From Candidatus Doudnabacteria bacterium (GTDB taxonomy: Bacteria; Patescibacteriota; JAQUNI01), in NCBI GenBank assembly GCA_041644975.1, contig JBAZQX010000008.1, positions 334 through 64,333 on the forward strand: a stretch of DNA of 64,000 bases. The letters run 5' to 3'. The notes under the pieces are model-generated. The model saw only the letters and a list, made by a program, of their open reading frames with translations, did no database searches and was not told the origin of the DNA. Every line of letters starts with the position of its first letter. Position 1 is the first letter of the stretch. The position numbers and the translations under genes are program-made. Shown here piece by piece: positions 21,043-30,998 of the stretch.

Positions 21043-21073
21043 CCCCGTTAGAAATCAAAATTTCTAAACGGGG
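21043..21073. terminator. Family A minimal hairpin ccccgttagaaatcaaaatttctaaacgggg downstream of ruvB
   Basis: 13-bp perfect stem, 60 bp after the ruvB stop. Confidence 0.5.
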
Positions 21074-21154
21074 CAAACATTTCGAAAAAATTTATCCTCC
21101 ATATTAAAAATTGAAAATTAATAATGTCTTTATAATTAATCTCAACTCTAAACT

Positions 21155-22159
21155 ATGAATTCCACAATAGATAAAGCTAATATGTATAAAGTCCTGAAGG
21201 ACTTTCCTCTCCAATTTGGCAAAGCGCTAACCATTGCGGCAAAAGTAAAGGTGCCTAAAAAAAAGTATTCCAACATCATCATTGCCGGTATGGGCGGCTC
21301 TTCCCTGCCCGCGGCGATTATTGAAACCTATCTAGCTGACAAAATAAAAGCGCCAATTTTGATTTGCCAAAATTACTCTCTGCCCAAAGAAGAAAATACT
21401 AAAAGCCTTGTTTTTGCTTCTTCTTTTTCCGGCAATACGGAAGAAACCTTGAGTGTTTACAAAGAATGCCGACGCAAAAAAATCCAAATGATTGGCATTA
21501 CCACTGGCGGCGAGCTCGCTAAACTATGTCAAAAAGACAAGATGCCATTAATTTTAATTCCTAATGAAGGCATCCAACCCCGCTGCGGCACGGGCTATAT
21601 GTTCACAGGTATTTTAGCCGCGATGACGCGCGCCGGTCTCGCGCCCAACAAAACCAATGAAATCAAAGCGACCGCGGAAGCCTTAACTAAAATGACTTTT
21701 GAAGAAAACGCGAAACAAATTGCTCCTCAACTAAAAAGAAAACTTATAGTGGTGTACGCCAGCGAGCAATTCAAAGATATTGCCCGCATTTGGAAAATCA
21801 AATTCAATGAAAATTCCAAAGTCCTTGCCTTTTACAATTATTTCCCCGAATTAAATCATAATGAAACCGCGGGCTTTACCAATTTCAAAAAAGAAAATAT
21901 TCCGACTGTGATCATCATCCTGCGCAATAAAGCCGACCACCCGCGCATCTTGAAACGGATGGACATCACGGGCGAGATTATCCGCGAAAAGGGTGGGGAA
22001 GTAATCAACATTGGGATGCCCGAAGGCAACCCCTTAACCCAAATCTTCGGCGCCCTCTACTTCGGCGACTTTTTAAGCTACTACCTCGCGTTGGAGTATG
22101 AAACCGATCCCTCTCCAGTGGAGGTGGTGGAGTATTTGAAGAAAAAATTGAAGGAATAA
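21155..22159 (+). CDS. bifunctional phosphoglucose/phosphomannose isomerase (SIS domain)
   Basis: IIAGMGGSS, SFSGNTEET and a 334-aa length typical of archaeal-type PGI/PMI. Confidence 0.7.
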   Translation: MNSTIDKANMYKVLKDFPLQFGKALTIAAKVKVPKKKYSNIIIAGMGGSSLPAAIIETYLADKIKAPILICQNYSLPKEENTKSLVFASSFSGNTEETLSVYKECRRKKIQMIGITTGGELAKLCQKDKMPLILIPNEGIQPRCGTGYMFTGILAAMTRAGLAPNKTNEIKATAEALTKMTFEENAKQIAPQLKRKLIVVYASEQFKDIARIWKIKFNENSKVLAFYNYFPELNHNETAGFTNFKKENIPTVIIILRNKADHPRILKRMDITGEIIREKGGEVINIGMPEGNPLTQIFGALYFGDFLSYYLALEYETDPSPVEVVEYLKKKLKE

Positions 22160-22207
22160 ATTAAAATCTGAACCAAATAAAAATATTTGAGTATTAAAAA
22201 CAAAAAT

Positions 22208-22363
22208 ATGGATGTGCAATACACCCCCAACGGCCCCGAAGGCCAGTGCTGTGTTGATTGCGCTAACTTCCAAGTGAATGCCGAAGACGCCGGAAAAGGA
22301 ATGTGTTTCGGGCACGAAGTAGACGCGAACGGCAACTGTAATTTTTTCAAAAAAAAGGAATAA
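22208..22363 (+). CDS. small Cys-rich protein, HiPIP-like (51 aa); absent from the ORF track because it is shorter than 60 aa
   Basis: MDVQYTPNGPEGQCCVDCANFQ...GKGMCFGHEVDANGNCNFF; Cys spacing CxxC...C...C with flanking aromatic residues. Confidence 0.4.
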   Translation: MDVQYTPNGPEGQCCVDCANFQVNAEDAGKGMCFGHEVDANGNCNFFKKKE

Positions 22364-22523
22364 AGAAGAACTTAACTCCCACCCCCTCTTGCCTCCCCCT
22401 CGGGCAGGGGGAGTGTAAATTTTCCTCCCCTTAGCAAGGGGAGGTTAGGCTTACCCCGTACCTTCTATGGTACTAGGAAGGGATCTAATCTAAAATTACT
22501 TTAGGAAGGGAAGGTTATAAAAA

Positions 22524-23735
22524 GTGCGCCAGTACAAAATTGAATTAAGCATCATTTTTATTCTGATATTCTTCTGGGAGGCGGAATTTTTTATTTTGGA
22601 TATTTTGCCACGACTGGCTGCCCAAGCCGCTAGCCCCCAAGAAGTTGTGATTAACGAAATTGCTTGGATGGGAACAAAAGCTTCTTATAATGATGAGTGG
22701 GTTGAACTTTTTAACAACACGAACCAAGACATCAATCTTAAGGGCTGGCTTTTAAAAGCCCAAGATGGCGCGCCTGTAATTAATCTTTCTAATACCATTC
22801 CAGCCCAAAGCTATTATCTTCTAGAAAGAACCGCCGACAGCACGGTGAGTGATGTTACTGCGGATTTAATTTACACCGGCGCTCTGGCTAATACTGGTGA
22901 AAATCTGATTCTGCAAGATGACCAAGGAACAGTGGTGGATCAATTAGACAATGGCGCCGGTTGGTTTGCCGGCGACAATGACACAAAAGCAACGATGGAG
23001 CGTAGAGATAATCAAGGCAAAACTAATCTGGCCGCAAATTGGGCAAACAATGATCAGAAAATTTTTAATAGTAAAGACGCTGCTGGGAATTCTATCTTTG
23101 GTACCCCCAAACAGAAAAACAGCGTGAGTTACCCCAAAGAAGAAGAACCACCATCAGAAGAAAATTCAAACCAAGATACTGCCCCTGCGATCAATTTCAT
23201 TCTAATCAATGAACTTCTTCCTGATCCAGTAGGCGATGATCACGAAGGTGAATATGTTGAACTTTTCAATAACAGTGATACCACAGCCGATATTTCACTC
23301 TGGGAACTCAAGGATGAAACCAAAAAAGAAAAAGGGCAATCCGGTTTCGTGATTGAAGCAGGCACAACCATGCCCGCTTTTTCTTATCTTATTTTTTATA
23401 CAGGCAAAAAGACTTCCCTCAACAATGACGGCGACACAGTCTACCTCTATGATTCCGGTCAGGCTTTAAAAGACCAGAGAGTTTATACTGGTAAAATACC
23501 AGAAGGCGCATCTTACAATCGCCAAACTGATAACACTTGGGCTTGGAGCACAACCACAACGCCGGGCTTGCAAAATATCATTACCACGAAAGATAACTCT
23601 ACGAATGCAATACCGAATAAATCCTATCCCCGCCACATCTGGATCAATGAATTTTTGCCTAATCCCAAAGGCAAGGACGCGGAAAATGAATGGACTGTCC
23701 CCACAAACAAACTAAGACATTCAGCATATTTATAA
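22524..23735 (+). CDS. lamin-tail-domain (LTD) secreted protein, 5' portion of a gene interrupted at about 23690 by the integrative element
   Basis: Signal/TM N-terminus and two complete LTD repeats (EWVELFNNT, GEYVELFNNS). A third repeat starts at WINEFLPNPKGKDAENE and then diverges into 13 unrelated codons and a stop. Confidence 0.6.
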   Translation: MRQYKIELSIIFILIFFWEAEFFILDILPRLAAQAASPQEVVINEIAWMGTKASYNDEWVELFNNTNQDINLKGWLLKAQDGAPVINLSNTIPAQSYYLLERTADSTVSDVTADLIYTGALANTGENLILQDDQGTVVDQLDNGAGWFAGDNDTKATMERRDNQGKTNLAANWANNDQKIFNSKDAAGNSIFGTPKQKNSVSYPKEEEPPSEENSNQDTAPAINFILINELLPDPVGDDHEGEYVELFNNSDTTADISLWELKDETKKEKGQSGFVIEAGTTMPAFSYLIFYTGKKTSLNNDGDTVYLYDSGQALKDQRVYTGKIPEGASYNRQTDNTWAWSTTTTPGLQNIITTKDNSTNAIPNKSYPRHIWINEFLPNPKGKDAENEWTVPTNKLRHSAYL

Positions 23736-24151
23736 CCACCCATATCCTTCCGAGAGAAGAAATCCATAGAAGGGTTAAAACCTACCAGAATTTCTTAAAT
23801 GATGATGGAACTCCAAAATCGAGAAATAGGCATCCAATTAAAGGAAGTTATACATTAAAATATTACCGAGACAAGATATCCAACGAAGAAATTAAAAGGA
23901 AATTTGACGAAATAAGGAAACGCCTGAAAGGTAGTAACCCCTTAATTCAAGAAGAATATACTAGACGGAGGCTAACTTATTGGATTGCTAACCGCCGTCT
24001 TTACACTTTAGAACCCCACAGAAAAACATTGTATTTAAAAATAACTAGAGCAAAAGAGATGAAAGGATTTAGGAGGCATTCTGACCATAATAAAACATAC
24101 TTCCTAATTAAAAATGGCTCTAACGTCAAAAAGATTTTAGCCCAACTTTAA
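23690..24151 (+). CDS. hypothetical protein (153 aa) at the left edge of the element
   Basis: The ORF begins at the insertion junction; basic, Lys/Arg-rich; no motif. Confidence 0.3.
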   Translation: MDCPHKQTKTFSIFITTHILPREEIHRRVKTYQNFLNDDGTPKSRNRHPIKGSYTLKYYRDKISNEEIKRKFDEIRKRLKGSNPLIQEEYTRRRLTYWIANRRLYTLEPHRKTLYLKITRAKEMKGFRRHSDHNKTYFLIKNGSNVKKILAQL

Positions 24152-24369
24152 GTGGAGTATTACTAAGGATATGTTTAATAAAAAGCTAAAAGAGTATAAG
24201 GAAAATCAGGCAGAAATAGAAGCAAGAATGCAAAGCTACACCGATATCGACAAAAGCTTTTATTTAACTGCAAATATGGTCTTAAATCTCGCTCAAAGAG
24301 CTTAAGTACTCTTCCAAAGTTCTGAAGTAGAAAAAAAACGGCAACTTTTAAATTCTTTATTTTAGAACC

Positions 24370-24960
24370 TTGAATGAATTACCCAACCGCAGCAGAGCTG
24401 CGGGGTATCTAAATTTTAAACAACCTTAGTTGATGTGATTGAGCTTTTTCCATGTGGTCGCCCTGTTCTCTAATATATTTTTTAACAACCTCTTCACTGG
24501 CTTGGTCTCCAACTGTTCCAATATATCCTCCGTCACTCCAAAACTCGCCTCCCCAGAGCATTTTTCTCAATTCAGGAAAAGATTTAAACATCTGTTTGGC
24601 GGAAATACTCTTGATCGCCTGCATTATTACCGATGGTGAATGGCGGGGCGCAGTCCCGACAAAAATATGAACATGGTCTCCATCTGTTCCGATTTCGTCT
24701 ATTTCATACCAATATCTTTCGCCAATCTCCTTAAAAACTTTTTTTAATCTTTCCAAACGGTCTTGCGGTTCTAATAACTTTTTCCGATATTTTACGCACA
24801 TTACCATGTGATAACGTATTTTATAGCTGCAGTGGCTAGCAAACTTTGTTTCCATACTTCCTTCGTCAGTATTTTCAATATACCACCATTCCTTCCTATG
24901 TCAGGATCTCCGATATATCACGTCCCACCGACCCAACCGCAGCAGAGCTGCGGGGTATAT
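24370..24960 (-). mobile_element. IS200-like insertion sequence (tnpA only) with subterminal hairpins
   Basis: The identical 29-mer acccaaccgcagcagagctgcggggtat lies at both ends (24377 and 24930) flanking the Y1 transposase gene. Confidence 0.75.
24409..24855 (-). CDS. tnpA: IS200/IS605-family HuH tyrosine (Y1) transposase TnpA
   Basis: 148 aa, HuH motif DHVHIFV, catalytic Tyr in FWSDGGYIGTVG, YHMVMCVKYRKK N-terminus. Confidence 0.85.
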   Translation of the reverse strand: METKFASHCSYKIRYHMVMCVKYRKKLLEPQDRLERLKKVFKEIGERYWYEIDEIGTDGDHVHIFVGTAPRHSPSVIMQAIKSISAKQMFKSFPELRKMLWGGEFWSDGGYIGTVGDQASEEVVKKYIREQGDHMEKAQSHQLRLFKI

Positions 24961-25060
24961 TAACCGCTAATCAATTTCAAATTAAAAGGCAAAAAACTTT
25001 TATTTAAGCTAAAAACACCGTTTGATACGGTGCTTTTGGGCTAATAGGTGTTCTAATTTG

Positions 25061-25101
25061 CTCCGCGGGCTGGCGGCTGTTAGAACCTGTTTGATGGGAT
25101 A
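25061..25101. repeat. about 40-bp conserved box (ctccgc.g.ctgg....gttagaacctgtttgat) immediately 3' of the 193-aa gene
   Basis: Shares a perfect 17-mer, gttagaacctgtttgat, and flanking similarity with 29502-29542. Confidence 0.55.
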
Positions 25102-25683
25102 CTAAGATCTTTCAGCCAATATCTTTTCAACTACTTGTGCATTAAAAGCAATTACTAAACCACATAGTTTCTGTAGAGAATCAACCATGCCTATTCTAGA
25201 AAGAGCCTCAAACACATGTTGCGACTTTATAGCATCTAAACCCTTATAGCTCCCTGGTTTGTATTGATCAACATGGAGATACCCCTCGTTCATCCAGAGA
25301 TCAAGATTCCTTTTTACACTTAATTGATTCTTATCCATGTTCAACAACATTCCCCCAAAGGAGTCATAATTAGGATCAAGTAGTTTGTTCCAAGCAGATA
25401 AAAAATCTTTAGCTAACTTCCAATAAGAACTAAGCTCGGCTTCCTTCAAAATCGCTTCTACTATCGCTACAAAATAAAGCGCACTAATCTTCATATAAAA
25501 ATTTCTAAAATGCACTAAAACGGCAATTAAGGTTTCTTCGTTCACGCCAAAAAGTTTAACAACGGCCTTGCGGTTCTGCTCAAACTTTATTTCAGCCTTT
25601 ATATTCTGAAAAAAATGCATATGTTTTCCGAATTTCTTGGCTTGAATAGAAAACGCTTTGAGTTTTTCAATTAGTTTTTTCAT
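25102..25683 (-). CDS. hypothetical protein (193 aa), second gene of a two-gene operon
   Basis: 4-bp start/stop overlap with the 1256-aa gene; no motif. Confidence 0.5.
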   Translation of the reverse strand: MKKLIEKLKAFSIQAKKFGKHMHFFQNIKAEIKFEQNRKAVVKLFGVNEETLIAVLVHFRNFYMKISALYFVAIVEAILKEAELSSYWKLAKDFLSAWNKLLDPNYDSFGGMLLNMDKNQLSVKRNLDLWMNEGYLHVDQYKPGSYKGLDAIKSQHVFEALSRIGMVDSLQKLCGLVIAFNAQVVEKILAERS

Positions 25684-28600
25684 AGCTTTCTATCCTGACG
25701 AATGCTATTAGGTAGGTTTTTAATAAAATCGTTGAGTAATTTTGATTCCATGAACCTTACCTTAGTCTCAACGGACGGAAATTTAGTCCACCAGAAACTT
25801 AGCTGGGTTACAAAAACCGAAATTACTCTTACTGGTTCACCTGGCTGTTGCCAACCAAGTTTTTTAATGATATCCCGCGATTTGCTTTCAATATAAATCT
25901 CTCTTCCTTCAACTCTCTGTAAATATCCTTCTTCAAAAGAACCATCTCTTCTATTTCTTCCAAATATTTTGCGTTGAATTCTTTGTATATCTTTAAGACA
26001 ATAAGCAGGATCGATTATTTTGGATTCAATATTCAAAAGAATATTTTTATCCTGCAGGTAAGCTAAAACATCAGAATCTCCTATGTCAGAAATGGAAGAA
26101 TCCAATTTATGAAAATATACATTCGGCTGACAAAAATTAGTAAATCTCTTTACCACTTCCACAATTTTATTAACCAATGACTCCTCGATGTCTTCGTGTC
26201 CTTTCTTGAGAATAGTAAAAACATTTAGAGCCTCGAGGTCAGCAGGTAATCTGTGACTAGAAAAAATCCCTGTCCATATACGAGCTGACCTTTCAACAGA
26301 ATACGGCCCCCAAAAATATTTTTCACCCACTCTCAATAAGGGTTTGATAGTATAGCGTGCAGCTCTTTTCCAATATTCCCAAACTGGCAAATCATTAGCA
26401 GAATTAACATCACCTATAACCTTAAGTGTATCCTCAGATTTCAAGGTTAAAAATTCAAGAATCTTTCCCGTTTCATCTGGATTAAAATCACGGACATTCT
26501 CGGAACACGTCTTTATAATTTCTTCTACCTCTGCACTATAATAAGCACTATCCGCAATCTTTTGATAACCAGCCCAGAAACTCATTACTTGCTGAACATT
26601 GATAAAATTCTTAAGACCAAAACTGAAATCCTTGCGAAATGCTTCATCTAATTCATCTAAATAAGATTCGATTGGAATGCGGCTGTCGGGTATATCGTTT
26701 TTATTACCAATAATACCAAGGTTAATTTGCGCCTGTTCTTTTCCATAATCTCCCTCCATTCTGGGCACATCGACTGTGTAGATTACAGAGGCTATAAAAT
26801 CATGGTTTATTTCAAGCTCGGCGGGATAAATCTCATAATGAAGTATGTCACTGGCCGTATACAAATTAAGTAGTCTATCTACTAATGCAAGTAGATTTTT
26901 TAATTCAGATATAGATAGTTCCTTTTCTTGTTTGGGAGATAATTGAACAAACTTCTCTATCAAGTATCTGAAATTCTTATGGTGATGTAAAAATTTTTGA
27001 TGACCCCGACTCAAGCTGCTCTCACGTTCGTAATCTACATCTTGATCAAGCGATTCTTTAACCTGATACTCTTTCATTTCGTATTCGTGTATTAAAGCAT
27101 CTGTTTTTTCAAGTAATAAGGGGATAGCTCGCTCAAAACTAAATTCAGCTACTATGCTATTGATTTTCCTCACTAATTTACCGATCAACTGATTAAGCTT
27201 TATTTTAGCTTCATCATGAGTGTATTTACCTGGACTAATATTAAGTTCATTCGCTAATTGGGCAACACTTTTGTCTGCAAGCTTGAAGTCCTTTTTTTCG
27301 GGGGAAATAGTTCTGATAGTTTCTGGGAAAGATACTTCCTTTTTTGCCAAGAATGTTTTGAATCTACTTTTTTTACTCTTTTCATCAGACAATTTTTGTT
27401 CAATCTTTTGTAAACCGCTATCTGCCCAAATAATATTTGTCTGATGTAGTACATCTAATAAGAGATTAACCTGCGCGGATCTGTCCTTTGCATCCTGTAA
27501 AACATGGAGAATTTTTTCATCGTCAAATATTACCCTGATCCCAAAGTCTCGTGACTTAAGTCGTGTAATATCCATTTGCCACATGCTTGCTTGAGAGATT
27601 AAATGCTCTAAATGTTTCAGTTCGTCTTTATTTTTCACTAACGAAGCGGGAGCAAACAATATTTGGATGCGATTTTTCTCATTTGCAAAATTTAATTTAC
27701 TGAGAACTTCTTGATATAACTCTAAAGAGTCTGTAATGCTTTGCATCATTAAATCGGTAATTTTACACTGCTCAAAACTCATTAGATGAATTGGAGAATT
27801 AACAAAGAAAACAGCTGAGCCTACAGTTTGGTGATATGCATACCCATGAAATCTCCTCGATTCTAGAACTTTACCTTGACTCTCTTCTGGAAATTTCCAG
27901 CTTCGTGGATGACCAAAAAAGTTGACCTCTGGGAATTTCTTCCAGAAATCAGAAAGTGATCTAAAACGGAAATCTGTTCCCCAATTTAAATCTAAGAATA
28001 AAGCATTAGGAGTTGAAGCTCCAGGGATAATCACGCTATAAGAGTCCCTAAATGATCCAAATTTATCGAGATACGAAGTTAAAGGAAGCATAAAGAATGA
28101 AAACCTTAACCCTTCAATATATTCCAGAAATTCGGCGAGCTCATTTGGATTTTTAAGCTCGTCTATTATGCCAGCCAGCTGATCTATGCCCAATACTTCC
28201 CCAGGCAATTCTTCGGGCACTTCAAGGCGGAACATTTCTGTTGTGCAATAAGGAATAGCAGTAAAAAAAACAGGTTTAAGTTTAACTCCCTCTTTCTTAG
28301 AATGGAACTCGATAATATCTTCTCTCGACCACACCATAAGACGGATGGGAGAATTTGAAAGCAACAATTCTGTTTCTTTTAAATCAGTGGCTATTTCTTT
28401 TAAATAATTATTCAGGCCCTCTTTATTTATAAAGGGCGGTACTACGTGAATTAAAAACAGCTTATCTTTTGAGCGGATAGCTGCTGCGAAGGTTATTTGA
28501 TGCGGTTTTTTATCTGGACGAAGAGGACTGACTAACCCAAAAGTTTCTTCTTCATCGCTTCGTTCCCGTATAAACTTGAAAAGCTCCACCTCAATAGCTC

Positions 28601-29450
28601 CCTCTGGGTGTTTGTGCTCATTCTTAATCTCTGTATAATGCTGTTGAAGAATTGTGCCCCACGTATCGTAGAGCACAAAAAGAAACTTCCTAGGCATCAC
28701 TGGATAATATTTTTCCCCATCCTTGATAAAAAAATAAAAGCAATTTTTTCCATCCATCGCCCGATTTAAAAACTGCTCCATTGTAACCCAAGGACGTGGT
28801 TCAATTCTTGCAAGATCACAACTATAATTATCAAATAATCCTCGGTCAAATTCTTTTCCTGATAAGAAGTTGGAAATGAATGTATTTGCTTTCCCCCAAA
28901 ACTCCTCCAATGGAATACTTATATCACCAGGTCTCACTTCTAGCTTTTGTTGGTTTGTTTGGTCAAGATTAGTAATGATATAATGCTGAAGGTTTAAACA
29001 GAATTTAAGTTCGGTCAGCGGTGAACGATGAATTATTTTTGAGTAATCTTCCTCAAATCCGCCGTGAATTATTTCAAATCCATAATAAAAGTCATATGGA
29101 TTAGATAAGCTGGCACCGTAAAAAATTTTGTAGAATCTATCTTTAAAAAAATATTTAATTTCGCCCCAATCTGTTTCTGGTATATAGTCCTCTAACATTG
29201 AAAAGGATGGTAACAAATCAAAAAGGCTTCTGCAAAGAGATTCAAAATCTTTATATGATTTAATCTTATTTTCCTTCTGTAGGTCTTTATAAACAGATTC
29301 TAAGGCCGAATATAAATACTCTATTTTTATAGGGCTGGCTACATTAGGTAACCACAGGTTTATAACAAAAAAAGACCTTAATAAATCGTCAAGGCTACAA
29401 CTTACAAGTAATTCTTTTAATTTTTGGGTATTTTGTTGATCTGATGTCAT
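25680..29450 (-). CDS. large hypothetical protein (1256 aa), no recognisable domain
   Basis: Long uninterrupted ORF with no Walker A or other signature seen; lies on the mobile island beside the helicase/methyltransferase module. Confidence 0.6.
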   Translation of the reverse strand: MTSDQQNTQKLKELLVSCSLDDLLRSFFVINLWLPNVASPIKIEYLYSALESVYKDLQKENKIKSYKDFESLCRSLFDLLPSFSMLEDYIPETDWGEIKYFFKDRFYKIFYGASLSNPYDFYYGFEIIHGGFEEDYSKIIHRSPLTELKFCLNLQHYIITNLDQTNQQKLEVRPGDISIPLEEFWGKANTFISNFLSGKEFDRGLFDNYSCDLARIEPRPWVTMEQFLNRAMDGKNCFYFFIKDGEKYYPVMPRKFLFVLYDTWGTILQQHYTEIKNEHKHPEGAIEVELFKFIRERSDEEETFGLVSPLRPDKKPHQITFAAAIRSKDKLFLIHVVPPFINKEGLNNYLKEIATDLKETELLLSNSPIRLMVWSREDIIEFHSKKEGVKLKPVFFTAIPYCTTEMFRLEVPEELPGEVLGIDQLAGIIDELKNPNELAEFLEYIEGLRFSFFMLPLTSYLDKFGSFRDSYSVIIPGASTPNALFLDLNWGTDFRFRSLSDFWKKFPEVNFFGHPRSWKFPEESQGKVLESRRFHGYAYHQTVGSAVFFVNSPIHLMSFEQCKITDLMMQSITDSLELYQEVLSKLNFANEKNRIQILFAPASLVKNKDELKHLEHLISQASMWQMDITRLKSRDFGIRVIFDDEKILHVLQDAKDRSAQVNLLLDVLHQTNIIWADSGLQKIEQKLSDEKSKKSRFKTFLAKKEVSFPETIRTISPEKKDFKLADKSVAQLANELNISPGKYTHDEAKIKLNQLIGKLVRKINSIVAEFSFERAIPLLLEKTDALIHEYEMKEYQVKESLDQDVDYERESSLSRGHQKFLHHHKNFRYLIEKFVQLSPKQEKELSISELKNLLALVDRLLNLYTASDILHYEIYPAELEINHDFIASVIYTVDVPRMEGDYGKEQAQINLGIIGNKNDIPDSRIPIESYLDELDEAFRKDFSFGLKNFINVQQVMSFWAGYQKIADSAYYSAEVEEIIKTCSENVRDFNPDETGKILEFLTLKSEDTLKVIGDVNSANDLPVWEYWKRAARYTIKPLLRVGEKYFWGPYSVERSARIWTGIFSSHRLPADLEALNVFTILKKGHEDIEESLVNKIVEVVKRFTNFCQPNVYFHKLDSSISDIGDSDVLAYLQDKNILLNIESKIIDPAYCLKDIQRIQRKIFGRNRRDGSFEEGYLQRVEGREIYIESKSRDIIKKLGWQQPGEPVRVISVFVTQLSFWWTKFPSVETKVRFMESKLLNDFIKNLPNSIRQDRKL

Positions 29451-29501
29451 GATATAAAAACAAAAATATTATTCTATTTGGCTTTCAACGATTTTTATCT
29501 C

Positions 29502-29542
29502 CTCCGCAGACTGGACGAAGTTAGAACCTGTTTGATAAGTTC
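29502..29542. repeat. second copy of the about 40-bp conserved box, 50-90 bp upstream of the 1256-aa gene start
   Basis: ctccgcagactggacgaagttagaacctgtttgataag aligned against the 25061 copy. Confidence 0.55.
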
Positions 29543-29690
29543 ATTATAGCGTAAAAAAGAATCATTCCAAATCACCTGATATCTCGGGTATACCCTACCC
29601 TGCTACTCACTATATCTTGGAAATAAAAAAGAGGTCAAGTTTCAAGACCTGACCCCTATTTTCCTATCAGACATCTTTATTTAAACTAAT

Positions 29691-30218
29691 TTATTTCTTT
29701 CTCCCTGAAAGACCTTTATTCTCTTTTACCAAGAAAACATAAAAGTAATCTCTCCCCGCTTCATCTTGAATAATCCTTGCCTTTAATTTACCTTCCCTCA
29801 TCATCTTATTTGCGGTTGCTGGATTAATGTCAAACTCACTTTTTAACTCCCACATCGCATACCAGCTATCTCTATTCTTACAGACATATTTTGGAACTAC
29901 TCCTTTATTTATTGCCTTCTGGCAAATTAAACATTTCGGACCAAGCTCATCATACCAACTCTCTTTACCTGTGACCTGTCTATGGCAGATTAAACAATTA
30001 TAAATACCGTCTTCTAAATGAAAACCCCCTGGATGTTCTTTTAATTTCCTCTTTTTTATTGCTTCTTTTCTGGCACATTCATATAAAAGTTCGACAAAGT
30101 TTAAAAGATTATTTGCCATCTCATAAGCTTCTTGATCTGATAATTCCTTGCCAGTTTTCTTTTTATAAATTCCCTTGAATTCCTCGAGTGCTTTTTTTGA
30201 TGGTTGCATATTATACAA
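29691..30218 (-). CDS. hypothetical protein with two CxxC zinc-ribbon-like pairs
   Basis: CLICHRQ...CLICQK; 175 aa. Confidence 0.45.
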   Translation of the reverse strand: MYNMQPSKKALEEFKGIYKKKTGKELSDQEAYEMANNLLNFVELLYECARKEAIKKRKLKEHPGGFHLEDGIYNCLICHRQVTGKESWYDELGPKCLICQKAINKGVVPKYVCKNRDSWYAMWELKSEFDINPATANKMMREGKLKARIIQDEAGRDYFYVFLVKENKGLSGRKK

Positions 30219-30493
30219 TTTTATTTTAAAGATGTAATGAAAAATGTAATCAAAATATCAGAGAGATATTTTAAAACTTTTATAAACCAAAAACAAACTG
30301 AACACAACTAAAAAATGGCTAAGCGAATTTCAAAACCAAATTGCTACCACTCCCCTGCACGGATTTATTAAAGATATTGAAAAAAGCCTTGAAGAATTTA
30401 AAGTATTTAAACTTAACAAATGAGGCAGGTTATCCACTTGCATTGTAAAGAATTGTAAAGTATAATTAAAGTGTAATTCATTTAACTAACAAT

Positions 30494-30805
30494 GTGACTT
30501 TACAAGAAGCCGTCGAGGAAGTTATAAGTCAAAACAGAAAGGCAAAATATACACCTACGAGATTTATTGAAATGACGAAAAACGGCGAAGCTGAAAATTT
30601 AAAAGAAGTTATAAGCGGATTAGTATTAAACCCTGAAGTTAAAGAAAAAATTTTCATTACCATGGAGAAATATAAAGGCAAACCAATATTTATCGAAGAA
30701 TTTATTTCAATGTATTATTTTGACCTATCTAAAGAAGTGGTTAAAGAAGCAATGCAAAGAACAAAAGAAATTCAACAATCAAGACTTTTTTATAATCTTA
30801 ATTGA
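30494..30805 (+). CDS. hypothetical protein (103 aa)
   Basis: ORF with coding-like composition inside the island. Confidence 0.4.
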   Translation: MTLQEAVEEVISQNRKAKYTPTRFIEMTKNGEAENLKEVISGLVLNPEVKEKIFITMEKYKGKPIFIEEFISMYYFDLSKEVVKEAMQRTKEIQQSRLFYNLN

Positions 30806-30811
30806 AAAACG

Positions 30812-30994
30812 ATGGCGAAGGATATTAAAGAATTTTATACAGCCAAAGAGTTGGCTGATAAGCTAAGGGTGAATATTATGACAATATACCGCTATATTAA
30901 AGCGGGGAAATTAAAAGCCTACAAAATAGGCAAAGAGTTTAGGATTGAGAAAAAAGAATTTAATAAATTTCTAAGAAAAGCAAGCACAAAATAA
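30812..30994 (+). CDS. excisionase-like helix-turn-helix DNA-binding protein
   Basis: 60 aa; LADKLRVNIMTIYRYIKAGKLKAYKIGKEFRI matches the Xis/MerR-type HTH pattern. Confidence 0.55.
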   Translation: MAKDIKEFYTAKELADKLRVNIMTIYRYIKAGKLKAYKIGKEFRIEKKEFNKFLRKASTK

Positions 30995-30998
30995 TCCT

